Shown here: positions 9,492 through 21,900 of the stretch, piece by piece | How positions within the stretch are numbered: the first letter of the stretch is position 1 | Layout of the letters: each line of letters begins with the position of its first letter | Origin: a virus | Taxonomy: Duplodnaviria; Caudoviricetes | Virus record (IMG/VR): IMGVR_UViG_2061766007_001346 | Coordinates: 1-64,000 of that record | DNA length: 64,000 nucleotides | Reading direction: 5' to 3' (one strand) | Made by a program: the position numbers and the translations under genes | The notes under the pieces: model-generated | Databases searched by the model: none | What the model was told of the DNA's origin: nothing | Seen by the model: the letters and a program-made list of their open reading frames with translations, nothing else

Positions 9492-10501
9492 TGAAATGGT
9501 ATGATGAAAATGGTGAGTTTCCAATGGCGTATCTTAATACGTGGGAATACGATAAATGGGCGAGAAAAAGAGATGATTTTCATAAAGAACATGCTATATT
9601 AACATATAGTTATCGATATGACTTTTGGATTAGATGTGCTCCTTTAAAGGATAGATTACGTCAAATTGATCAGAATTATGTAACATCTATTCCGAAGGAT
9701 GCCACATTGTTATTTGATAAATCATCTCAATATCCACGATACAAACTTGGATTAACTGAACATAAACGATGTATTAAACCAGAAAAAGCCGATTATATCG
9801 TAGTAGGAGAGGATAATTCGCATCGAATTTTAAACGTATACATATATAAGTGCGGCGATCGAATGTTAATGGTCGAATCTACTACAATATTTGCGAAGAA
9901 ACCCGGAATACTGAGAGATTATATAATGGATATATTGGAAATAGAGCCACAGATTGTTTATGCGGGACAAGTCCTTATTACGGGCAAACATTCGGAGTTT
10001 ATGTACCAGTATATGGTTGGAAACTACACACATAAGTTTATTACAGATAATGATTTAGATAATGTTATAAATAATATACTCGTGGACCCACAATTTGAAG
10101 AACTACTTGCTATCGCAAACCAATTAAACTCGCCAGATGCCGAAACGAGAAAATTGGCTTTAAAAATGTTGGTACCATATAATAGTACCAAGTATAAATT
10201 AAGTCTTAGATTGGTATTGCATTTTTCCAGTCAAGACATGACACAAGATATCGGTGATGTCGCTACACAACAACTTATTAAGACGCTTAATCTTACAAAA
10301 TATTCGTTTACCCCTTGGTTAAACGTGCAAACTAAATTAGCATATTCATATCATGACGGTGAACAGTATACCGTCGAGGATATTGCTATTGCTAAAGAAT
10401 TAGTGAAGGAAATGTTAAAAGCTGAAGTAAATAAGACTGTAACCGAGTTACGCAAAAAATACGGTGAACTTATACCGGATGTCGAAGTTATTTGCAATTA
10501 G
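9491..10501 (+). CDS. Hypothetical protein translationally coupled to the AAA ATPase
   Basis: 336-aa ORF, TAATG overlap. Confidence 0.7.
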   Translation: MKWYDENGEFPMAYLNTWEYDKWARKRDDFHKEHAILTYSYRYDFWIRCAPLKDRLRQIDQNYVTSIPKDATLLFDKSSQYPRYKLGLTEHKRCIKPEKADYIVVGEDNSHRILNVYIYKCGDRMLMVESTTIFAKKPGILRDYIMDILEIEPQIVYAGQVLITGKHSEFMYQYMVGNYTHKFITDNDLDNVINNILVDPQFEELLAIANQLNSPDAETRKLALKMLVPYNSTKYKLSLRLVLHFSSQDMTQDIGDVATQQLIKTLNLTKYSFTPWLNVQTKLAYSYHDGEQYTVEDIAIAKELVKEMLKAEVNKTVTELRKKYGELIPDVEVICN

Positions 10502-11168
10502 TGGAATAAAAAATTCCGGAAAAGATACTGCAGCAACAATGCTGCAGTATCTTTTATCAGTACCTAAAGTACTTCAGAATTATACTTGTTATAAGTTATT
10601 TCATAAAATTATTAGACCGAAATACAAGAAACTAGCATTTGCGGATCCATTGAAGCGAATGTTAGGAATTCTTTTAAACGAACCTTATGAAAATTTTAAC
10701 GATCGTGGTTTTAAGGAACACTACATAGTCAACTTAGAAAATTTAACAACGTGTTATGCATCGGGTTCTTTGTCGGATTCAAAATTCAATCGCATGGTTA
10801 AGGATTTAGATCCAGAACTATCGCGTTCAACATTAACAGTACGGCAATTAATGCAGTATTTTGGTACAGAAATCTGTCAAAGATTTTTTGGCAGACGTGT
10901 TTGAATCAATTCTACATTAAGACACTGTGCAAAACCAAGTATTATTTCTGATTTAAGATTTAAAGAAGAGTATAATGCCATAAAAGAACGTAACGGTATA
11001 GTATTCTATATAAGTCGTCCTTCATGTGAATTTGGGCAACATGCTTCCGAAAAAGAGATGGAAGAATTGTATCATACACATAAATATGATACAATAATCG
11101 ATAATGACGGATCTTTAAAAGATCTATTTAATAAAATTAAACATGCAAAGCAAAGATATCATAATTAA
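10479..11168 (+). CDS. Deoxynucleoside monophosphate kinase, 1 TGA at 10902
   Basis: GIKNSGKDT, AFADPLK, RQLMQYFGTE, then V[TGA=W]IN, ISDLRFKEE, HASE, IDNDGSL downstream of the TGA. Confidence 0.9.
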
Positions 11169-11397
11169 ACTTATCGATGAAGGAAAAGTATCTGGAGAAG
11201 AAGCATACGCTCTAATTAACGATATTGTTGCTGCAGATATACTTGAATCTGTTAAGAATTTAGGTTACGGTATTGGTACTGTAGATCGTTCTTGAACGGA
11301 CAAATTAATTATCAATCCAACAAGTCCAACTATAGTTCCTTCAACCGCACCTTCAATTACACCCTACTATTCGCAAGCTAATGCTGCGACACCATAA
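11143..11397 (+). CDS. Hypothetical protein, 84 aa, 1 TGA
   Basis: Open from ATG 11143 to TAA just before the terminator. Confidence 0.6.
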
Positions 11398-11398
11398 T

Positions 11399-11442
11399 AA
11401 TAAAGCCCCTATGCCATTTCGGTATAGGGGCTTTATTTTTTT
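11399..11442. terminator. Bidirectional intrinsic terminator between the convergent gene blocks
   Basis: AATAAAGCCCCTATGCC-ATTTC-GGTATAGGGGCTTTATT stem with A/T tracts on both sides. Confidence 0.9.
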
Positions 11443-14400
11443 ATTTTATTGTGCTTCTAAAAGCGTTAGATAATTCACGAGTCATTCCTAATGTGTTTGT
11501 AAGTCCATATAGTAAACTTTCATTTCCATTAACAATGCCCATAAATGTACGATAGTAATTCTTAAGCATTCCGAAGACAGGTGGTGTTCCATCTCCAACA
11601 ATGCCACTGATTGTTTGGAATAATGGACCGTCGGTAGACGCACCTTGTAGAACACCGTAAGTTCATCTGGATAAGAAGTCTTGATGATAAATAGGAGTAT
11701 CATCGGTTCCCCAGAATAATCTAAGTAACAGACCAATGATTGCGAATTCTAGTAGGTCAAGCATTGATATATAGAGATTAACTCTATACTGAGGATTATT
11801 TTTTCATAATTCGGCAAACTCTTCTCCACTAAGCGTAAATAGATGGGTTGCAAGAATTCAGCTCGTTTGTGCTTTACCAATGAAATAATTACCACCGAGA
11901 ACCTTTACGTAATGTGTACCATTTAATTTCCACATTTCTTCAGTCACCTTATCTTCTGGCATTCAGACCCAGTCGCCATGTGTTTGATATTCTTCGTCGG
12001 TTTGTGCAGGAACAGCAACCATTCGTTGACCATTGTCATCTAAAACATTCTTATATGTCAACTCGTTAGTTCAAGTTGGGTTGGAGAACCACAATTGGAA
12101 CTGAGCAAGACCATAAGTCTTATATTGGAAGAATAATGAGCCAAGAGTTTGTTTCTGAATTAAGGACTTGGTTTCATCATCGTAGTTACCATACTGAGTA
12201 TCAGCAAAGTTTTTAACACGTGCTGTTTCCATTGGAGATAATGCTTGTGGTAGTAAATCACCGTATTTTAATGAATAACCAGATTGATTCCATGATTCGA
12301 GAGCCTCTAAATAGTGCTGTTTTTCTCGTTGATATTTTATACGTTCTTCAATTGTGGGGAACGTTTCATTATCTTTGTATCTTAATCAGGTTTTATACTG
12401 GTTATCTTTATGCATATCATATACTAGACGATCGTCGTCATCTTTAGAATACGCATCTCATGCACCAATAGTCTTTAAATGTCCTCCAAGAATTGCCATT
12501 CTATGAAGGAAATCTGGCGCAGTAGATGTAACACTAGATTTACTAGGAAGCCCAAGAACAGTTCATTGGTGTCGTTTTGTAGATTCTATCATTTCTCGTC
12601 CAGAGAAAGCAACCATACCAAAAATAGCATTTAATTGAGAATAGAATCCAAAGATACTGGTATTATCAAATATCTTTGCAACAACATCTGTGTAACATTC
12701 TACAAAGTTAGAATAATCCAAGAATTCTGGTTCAGTAAAGAATCGTTTAGTACCTTGTACAAAAGCATTGTGATTTTCGGCATTGGCTAACCATCTGTTA
12801 AAGTGTTTCTTTTGTCCAGTTAACACTTCTCGGAAGAAAGCACGGGTATTTCAACCTAATGCGACATTAGCTGTAATACTTTTTAAGATACCAAGGATAC
12901 CATTAATTGCAGCTTCTTCAGGATTTCTGATATCCTTTAGAAAGAATTTACTTGCAATAAACTTTTCCATAGCTTTACGAACTTCAACAACATCCAAACC
13001 ACTTGTGGACATCATATAGTCTGTTGCAACTAACATTGCTGTAAATAATTCACAAAACAGTGGAGATCGTTCTTCACGAATTCCTGAAAATAATACATTT
13101 AAAAACACAACATCAAGATTTTTTTCAAGATAATTTACACCATTATCTCTAATAAAACTGTTTCGTTCTTCATCAGATTTATTAATTAAACTTGATAAAT
13201 GATCTTGATCAATATTTTCTAATTCTTTACGAGTACGTTCTACGACATTGGTTTCTTTACCGCCCAAAATTACATCAATGCTTTCGTTTTTAAACTTATC
13301 TCATGAATGACGAAACGCCTTTACTGTTTCGCCTTTTGTTAGTTGCTCTATGAATCCAGCGGCCATTAATGGAACTTCATACCAGACAGCTTCATTGCGC
13401 ATATCATCTCTTTCATTTACATCTGGCCAACGATATTTTCCATTTATTTCTAAGAAATGTTCATAAGCTTTTATAGTAGCGGGCTTATGATTCTTTTTAA
13501 ATTCTTCCGGTTTAAGTAATCTGAAAGCTTCGCTTACGGTACCATCTGGATTCTTTTCAAACCATGAATCAAAAAACGTTCAATCGTCGCCACGAGCATC
13601 TGACCATCCTTCTTCTTTATAAGCAGCATCGATTAGTTTTGACCACTCAAATTGTTCTTTAACAAATTCTAAACGCACGCCCGTATTAAATCGCATAATC
13701 AAGTCACCCATTTGCCTTGCTAATGCAGACTTGGATTCGTTAAAACTACGCATATTAATACCGCTTAAGTTGATACCTTTTATGATAGAACCCAAATCGT
13801 TTTCTTGGAATATATTAATTTTTTCTAAAGACAATAAGGCCTTATTAATATACGCATACGCCTTTTTAATGTCAGAATCATAAGATTTGATATCTCTAAG
13901 ATCACCTAATATATCTGGTTCTATACCCTGCAATTTGTGCATTATTTTAATCAAAGATTCTCTTGTAAAGTCTTTATCAGTTCTTCTCATATCTATTAAA
14001 GAACGATACCTTTTGTGTTTTGATTTGTCAGTATCGCGATTTGAATCGATAAATAAAAACTCAAGATATTCATCAGCGATTTCCATCGAAGCTTTTGCAT
14101 CTTGTTCAAATGTAGAGTATCCAAGTTTTCTTGTTCTTTGATTCCCTGGATGATTTCTATCATACAATTCTGCTAACAGGTTTCAGTTTTCAATTAAACG
14201 GGCGTTGCTTTCTTCGAAAACACGGGAGCTTTTGAGGTTAAGTGCTTTAATGTTTGTCACTTTAACGTTTTTAGTTAATTCCGGCTGCATTGCAAGAATT
14301 GCGCATGCCTTCATCAGCATCATGTTTCCATAATTAGCCTGCATGATTGTTCTGTTGTCCGTTAAACTACTATCATTTATATAATTTCCCAAAATACTAG

Positions 14401-15997
14401 TATTTCCATTGAATTTAAAATACTGATTAATTGGTTGTTCATCATCGATTATAATTATTTCCAATCGGTCACCCTTTTCAAACAAATATATTCCATTAGT
14501 ATTATATAACTCATTGGCTTTGAACTTCCATCCTCCAAGAATATATCTTCTGAAATGATGTAGTAATGTCTTGCGATTGTGTGGTGCGATTGCGTCAACA
14601 GTTGCTTCAAAATCGTCCATATTGTGAATAGACATTGCATATTGTAAGTCTTCCGCAAAATGTCTAAACTTATTTGCACGTCATGCATTTAGCTCGTTAA
14701 CATACTGTCTATATGGTGCAATTTGTACAGTTCCGTTTTCTAGTGTCTTATCTACAGTTAACTCAGATTTAGTTTTACCAAAAACCGGTTCGTTTCGCTT
14801 GCTCTTTGTAAGCCTACGGTTTCTTATGAAATAGAATCTAAATCCTTTTTTATAAGCGTCTGAGCCTTCTTTAACAGGATGAATACCGTAATCAACCATA
14901 TATGAATAATCCAGTGCCTTAGATTGTAATCTTGCAGCAATAGGTGTATCTGGGAACGACTCGTTTAATATATTTGCAACGTCTGTTATTACAGATTCCT
15001 GTGCTTCGGGCGCTTTTCAGAAGAATTTAGTTACCTGGTCGGAAGCAATTCCTGAATTTGGAACACGGATTATATTATCTGAATGAAATGTAATGTCGTC
15101 TAGTCGCAAGTGCTTATATTTATCGGCTTCGTTATCCGTTTCATTTGTATAGTGAGTTTCATAGACAATAAGATAGTTTTCTCCAACAGTTATACCATAA
15201 TTTTTCAGTATAGCTGCGTATGTTTGTACCTGTGCAACATATCTCTGGTGTCTACGTAAAAACTCACTTGGATCCTTGCCAACATCGTCAGCAGTTTTAA
15301 AATCAATTATATGAGCAATACCGTCATCGTCGATAATAACAAGGTCGGCAATACCTCTAATTAAAGATATTTCCCGTGCCATTCGTTTTTGTTTTGACAA
15401 GCTGTCTTCAAACTCTTGGTCGTGATCAACCAATCACTTAGTCAGATCATCATTTCATGATTTTACTTGTAATCCAACTTGTGAGAAACACTGATCTTTC
15501 CAATTAGAAATTTTTATACCATAGCTTCTAAATCTTGGTAGAATTTCTTTTTGCCACGACTCAATAAGAGTTTTCTTCATATCATCTGTAACATAACGTC
15601 TCGCTTTGAGTTTCTCACCAAAAATGCTATTCAATATATTATCTGCTTCAGTTCCTACGACTTTTGGATCTATATATTTACCTGGTTGACTTTTTATTAA
15701 GTCATCCATCTCTTTTCATTCTTTCTTCTTTCCAAAATACAGGTCGAATAGGGTTGTTACTCCTGCCGAAACAGTGTCTTTATCTACACCTAATTTGGAA
15801 TCAAATTCTGCTCGTGCTTTATTTAATTTAGAAATAGTTTCATCTTTCGACGTTAAAGAAAATATCTTATTGAAACCATTTTTTAATTCATCCGATATTT
15901 GAGATTGATGCTCTCTAATGAAAGCATCAACCTCAGCATCGGAGTGGAGCGCAGGATATGTTACGCCACCAAGTGTTATTTTAATATCACAACCCAT
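11441..15997 (-). CDS. Giant virion cargo protein (~1518 aa) with N-proximal PD-(D/E)XK (RecB/Cas4-like) nuclease domain
   Basis: Fragments 12563, 12851, 13580, 14183, 14681, 15017, 15455 and 15716 share one frame and each ends at TGA; IRGIADLVII...IIDFKT...AQVQTY. Confidence 0.8.
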
Positions 15998-18900
15998 TAT
16001 AAACAACCGTCTCCATATTCAAGTTTATTATTTTCATCTCGCTTACTAAATAGTGCTTGTTTAATATTTCTTACAACTTCGTCGTTTGGTATATATATTT
16101 GTGCAAATTGAGATGTCGTCATTCCAGGTAAATTATTACCGAAAAGACTAAATATATCTCTGACAGTCGTATTACCTAAAGCAAGAGCCTCAATATCGGC
16201 AGGAACTTCAGATCCAAACAGATTGTTAATTGCAGAAATAGTAAAATCAATTAGGTCACTCTCCTTAAAAGTACCCGTACCTATTTGTTCATTCAACTCT
16301 CCTTCAAATCTTGTAGCAAAACCCTTTGCAAGATAATCAACAAAGACTTCTTCTTTTATGTCAGAGTCCCGTCTACCACGATATTTGTTTTTCATTTTCT
16401 CGTACTCTTCGGGGTTTTGTTGTACAGCTTCTTCTACTAATCTATAATATTGTCTTCTAATATTAATATCGGGATTACCTTTTACTCCCGCAAGAATTAT
16501 GTGTAAGAATTCGTGTATCGGCTTGTCGATAGAAGATTTCTGTAAATTAACGTAAATTGTTCCATTGTAAATGAACGCTGGAGCATTTACTGTTCTTGTA
16601 AAATCTTCTTCGTCAGCAAAACGAACTGGACCTTCTCCTGATTTATACATTTGAAGTAAATCTTCCTCACGTATAACTTGTATCAATTCTCGATTGGTAC
16701 CCATCGTGGCCAATTCGTTGATTCTATTAATAATGGTTCTAACAACGATACTTGATATAGCATTATCTTCGGCACTCTTTAATACACGATCTTGTTGCAG
16801 ACCCAGCTCTTTTCGAGCAACAGTCTTAAATAACTGAGAATTCAGAATTCTGAACGGGAACCATAGTGTGTAATCCGAAGGATCGAGTTTAGGATCGAAG
16901 ATCTTCATCTTTTGAGACTGAATGGAATTACCGTTTCTATCGTAAATTGTTAAATTATACGAACTACCTGTTCCACTAGGTTCGATATTATAATAATATT
17001 TTGCATTAGCAAAATCAGCCAGTCTTATTCTTAAGTCATTTAAGAAATTGTTTGCTGTATTTAGCTTTGGATCAGCATCATATCCTAAGTCTTTTCTAAA
17101 CAAGTCTTTATAATCAATTTCTCCGGAATCCAGTTTGGATAGATACTCATAGAACTGCTTATTAAACGAGAATTTATTAGAAGCAGTATTGGAGTCTTCA
17201 AATAGTCTGGTGAAAGCCTGCGACGTAAATCCATCTTTATGTACATATAGATTATACAAGAACAGTAGGTCACCAATCTTTCATCTACCATATTTTTCTT
17301 CCATTTCTGGAGGAAGATATTGTTTGGATACTTCGTTGAACGCCTTAGAAATATTTTCATATTTTAACTGTAGCGTACTATTCTTAGACGCTTCAGATAC
17401 ATCAAATGACAGTCTATAGAATATCTGCAACCTATCTAATGTATTATTATGGAGATTACCTATTAATAAATCACTCAGGAATGCATTATCTGGAAAATGT
17501 TTCTTCAATTCCGGTATAATGTAATTGTCCATTAAATTCTTAAATGTTGCCAAACCATCAAGTGTTGATAACGACATGCTGTCCGATAAGACCGCTACCG
17601 TTTCACCATTTGCGTTCTGTGTAATTTTATTAATATGGCCAATTCCATCCTCATAGTATTTTGCACCAATAGGAATCTTAATTTTTAAATCAGGTTGCTG
17701 CTCAAACCATTTTAATATAAGAAGATCACTCACATAATTTCTTACAGCACGTCATTCTTTGGGATTAAGTGCTTTAGTATCACCATGATTGAAGGCACGA
17801 ATGAGTTCGTCGCCTAACATAAACTCGGGAACCAAAGGTTGTTTATCCGCTAGAACAAGTTTGCCTACAAGCTCTCTCTCCATTTTCAATGCAACCGATT
17901 CTTCGAGAAGTCTTCTATTCAAGGGAATCATTTGTAACATTGCATAGAAGTGAGGAACAGAGATCAATACATCTAATAAGTTAAATGTGTCTGCAACCTT
18001 ATTATAGTATTCAATTTGTCTATCACGATATGCGATGTTGTTTTTATCTAAGAATCTAACGAAATCAAACGGCTCAAAATGTTCATTAGAATGTTGAGTT
18101 AAGTACTTTATGTATTTATCGTTTACAAATCGTTCAACTTTTCGAATATTCTTATATTCGGAATAGTCATCTGTGTCTAAACCACCGTTAATACCAAGAA
18201 TACTACCCAACATCTGCTGTTCTTTAGTAGCCTTTAAGATTTTTTCTAGACTCATGTACTGCATATATATAGGATTATCTGCAACCGCTTCATATCCAAT
18301 CTGTGCAAGTGCTTTATTCTTAGGAATTAAGAAGTTCTTTGCATATCTATATGCAGTTAGTCAATCTTCTTTCTTTAGTTCTCCGATCTCAAAGAACATA
18401 TCTGTATCATAGAATGCGTCTTGTTCATCATATACGTCTTCTTCATCATAGAACTGCTGTTCGTAAAGTAATTCTGGATCAAGATCGCCCAAATTATCAT
18501 TAGCGCTGCCTGTTTTTTCTACACCAGTCTTAAGAATTCTCAGTAAGACGTCGTTTGCCGTAGGATCAATTCTTAATAATGAGTAAATGGCGTCAACAAT
18601 TCAGTCAGAATTTTCGTCACGTAACGATTCAATTGCACTACGTATTGCAGTCATGTCTTCGATTCGATAGTTCGTTGAAGCAAGTCCAGATTTAGAGTGA
18701 CGTTTGGCGTTAGTATATATATAATATAACTGTTCATCACTAAATCCGGTATCAATAGTAACACCATTTTTTGTATAAGCCCTATTAAATAGGGATACAG
18801 ATGTACCACTATCATTCTGTTCTTCTGCATATGTACTAAGAATCTTTTTAAAGACATAGTTATTTATGTATGGCAGTGTTTTTCGGTCTAATACAAAATC

Positions 18901-21900
18901 AAGTGCATTTTCTGTTGTAAACCGAGATGTATTCGGATCTAAAACAGAACGTTCGGAATATCGAGTAATAATATTGAATGCAGGAGATGCCATAAAGGAA
19001 ATTACATCTTTTGGTCTTGAACCAGTAATGGTCATATAGGTGTGGAGGTCTGCAAATTGAGATGTCGCGTTCATTTTTGCAAGCTTCAGCTCCTTAGCAT
19101 TATCGGTTGCAAGAGACGTATATCCGGAAAGAACCATATTAGCATCTTTTGGATTTGCGTACGTTCCGTTTGCATAAATGTCTAAATCATTAATCAAACG
19201 ACTGAAATTTAATGTAGTTCCTGTTGTATCAACTTTTTCGTTATTATTTTCATCAACAGCTTTATATGCTTTTAATGTTGTTAATCGAGGTGTATCCAGC
19301 GATATGTTACATACAATTTCTGGTAGCTCACTAACCGCAACTTTGGCTAAGTCAGTAAACCGTAGGTTAGCAATAGTTGCAATTCCGGACCTTAAATAAG
19401 GATCTTTTATAAACTTAGCATCGAAACAGATTTTCTGTAATTCCCGCACAATCTGATTACCCAGTTCTATATTATGTGCACCATTTGTAACTAAGTCCGC
19501 TTGATATTGTTTCGCAAGATTAACCACATTTAGAATTATATTATTGCTATAGGTGGTTAATGCAAAGAACGCTTTTAAAGATACTGCAGATATACCAATA
19601 ACATCTCGACCAACCATATTATCACGCTGAATTCTATATTTTGTCGCAGGATTATCCCACGTTCTATATAGTTCATACATATACTCAGGATCCGGAATGT
19701 TATTCTTTAGTTCATTCATGGCTTCATCGACAGGAAGATTCAAGTTACCCTGCGTAATAGGATCGCGAAGCATCTTATTAATTCTATAAACAATTCTGTT
19801 TCGATATCCAGCCGTTTTCTTGGCACTCGGTAATTTAACACTATCCTGATGCAATCTGATACGCTCGATTATTCTGTTCTTAATCGGAATATTCTCCGGT
19901 GAATCAAAAGCATCTTGGAAGACAACTGTTTCTCCACCCAATAAGATTCTTTTTAAGACATTAATTGGAATTTGATTTCTCTGAATATCAGTGACGGCAA
20001 TATATGTATAATCTCCACCTTTAGATTTATCAAAATTAGCCTCAGATATAAATGTAAATTTCTTCTTATTAGGAAGGGGGAGTTCAAATATATCTGTTGC
20101 AGCATAGTATCTGTCTAATTTTGAAGGAGTTACAATTTTACCATCGTCGGAAATTTCATATGTCATGATGAATCCCTTATCGATATCAAAGTCAGAGCCT
20201 TGTAACCAAGCAAGGAATGCAGACATGACTAATGCATTTTCGTCTGTATCAAGTAGCATTACAACATCAGCAGATGTAAAAGATTGCATAGACTGCGAAG
20301 GAATACGGTCAATAATGACTTGCAACTGAAGCTTGAAAGCCTCTCATTTCTTATTAGCCTCATTGTTGATATTACGAGTCTGACGTCTATCCTCTTCTTT
20401 GTTCAAATTTTCAATGGCCATTTCATTAACCATATACAGATCACCGTCTGCCATTTGTTCAACAAATGGACGTCCGTCAACATCTCTACCAATCTGAGAA
20501 ACTAATTGTCCATCTTTAAAGTTATGTCTATACCTATAGCGTACGAGATCCTTATAGTTATCTCTGGTATAATTAAAGACTTCGTTTATATATTGACCAT
20601 TATTACGTAATTCCTCGAATGCGTTCCAATCATCAACAACTACAACATTTCAACTCTTTCCAGATTCGTCGACATATTCTCTAAAATATTTGCCAATCGT
20701 TGTACCAAAATCAACACCGTTCTTCCAATAATTATCACCCCTTACTTTGAATCTCACGCTATCGATAGTATTGTCAATTCTTTCTGAATTCCTATCGAGT
20801 CCGCCAAACATTACTAATGTTGGCGTTCCATCAGCTTCATATAATACAGCATCGTAGAAATTGCGGTCAATTTCTTTTGGCTTCTCAGCAAATCTTCTTA
20901 TCCTACGTCTGAAGAATTCTTGTTTTAAATCAAAGACGTCGTTGATTGTGTCACCTGTTTGTAATCCAAGTTTCTGTGCAGATAGTTTACCTAATCCGAC
21001 CTGAAGTGGATGAAACTCGTCGACACTTATATCGAACTCATCGTTTTCATCTGGAACAACCTGACTTCTAAAGGCATCCTGAACCTTGAATTTTGTCTTT
21101 TCGCCGCTCTTAGCTTTAGATAGTGCTGGAAGTAGTTCGTTGTTAACGTTTCATTTGGCAAGTAAGAAAATCTTCTCCAATAAATCCGTATCTCTAAATA
21201 TCTCGCCGTCGAGTAACCGTAGCGGTTCGCCCTCTTGTTCGGGAGTATATTTTACATAGGGATTTTCTGTCAAATCAATTCCCAATCTCTTTTGAAACGC
21301 CTGATATGTCGTTCCAAACTGATTACCAATCATGCGAAGTAGCGTGATTCCTTTATCAGTTAGATTGATGCGCTCGACAGTGGTTTCAACGCCATCAACT
21401 ATTACAGGTTCTTGTGTAAACGTAAAGTAAGAAGTATCTTTTCCGCCAGTCTTTCTTGCGACTTTGATGTCAGAGGCAACATTCTTTATGTCATCTATAA
21501 TACGAACGAGGTCTGTATCGTAGATACTATATTGTTTACCATTAACTGAGAATAGAATTTCACTACCGGAGAAGTTTTTAGGTTTTACAGTCCAATTATA
21601 GAGTATTCGACCTGGAACATTTCTATATTTAAAGTCATATAGTATGGTAGGGTCATCGAGAGTTACAACCTGTGTTCCGGTTGCATCGCGATAAACAATT
21701 GTATCGTTTAACTTAATGCTCTCAGGAGAAGTGATACGAACAATCGCTCTATTATTAAATGATAGACCGTTTCATGATGTATCTGTGGTCATGGCGATAG
21801 CATTTCTTCTACCACCAACAGCCTTACAGAATTCAACTCAGTTTAGACGCTTTCCGTTGTACATAAAGTACTGTACACCACCGTACGAAGGGGTTTGAAT

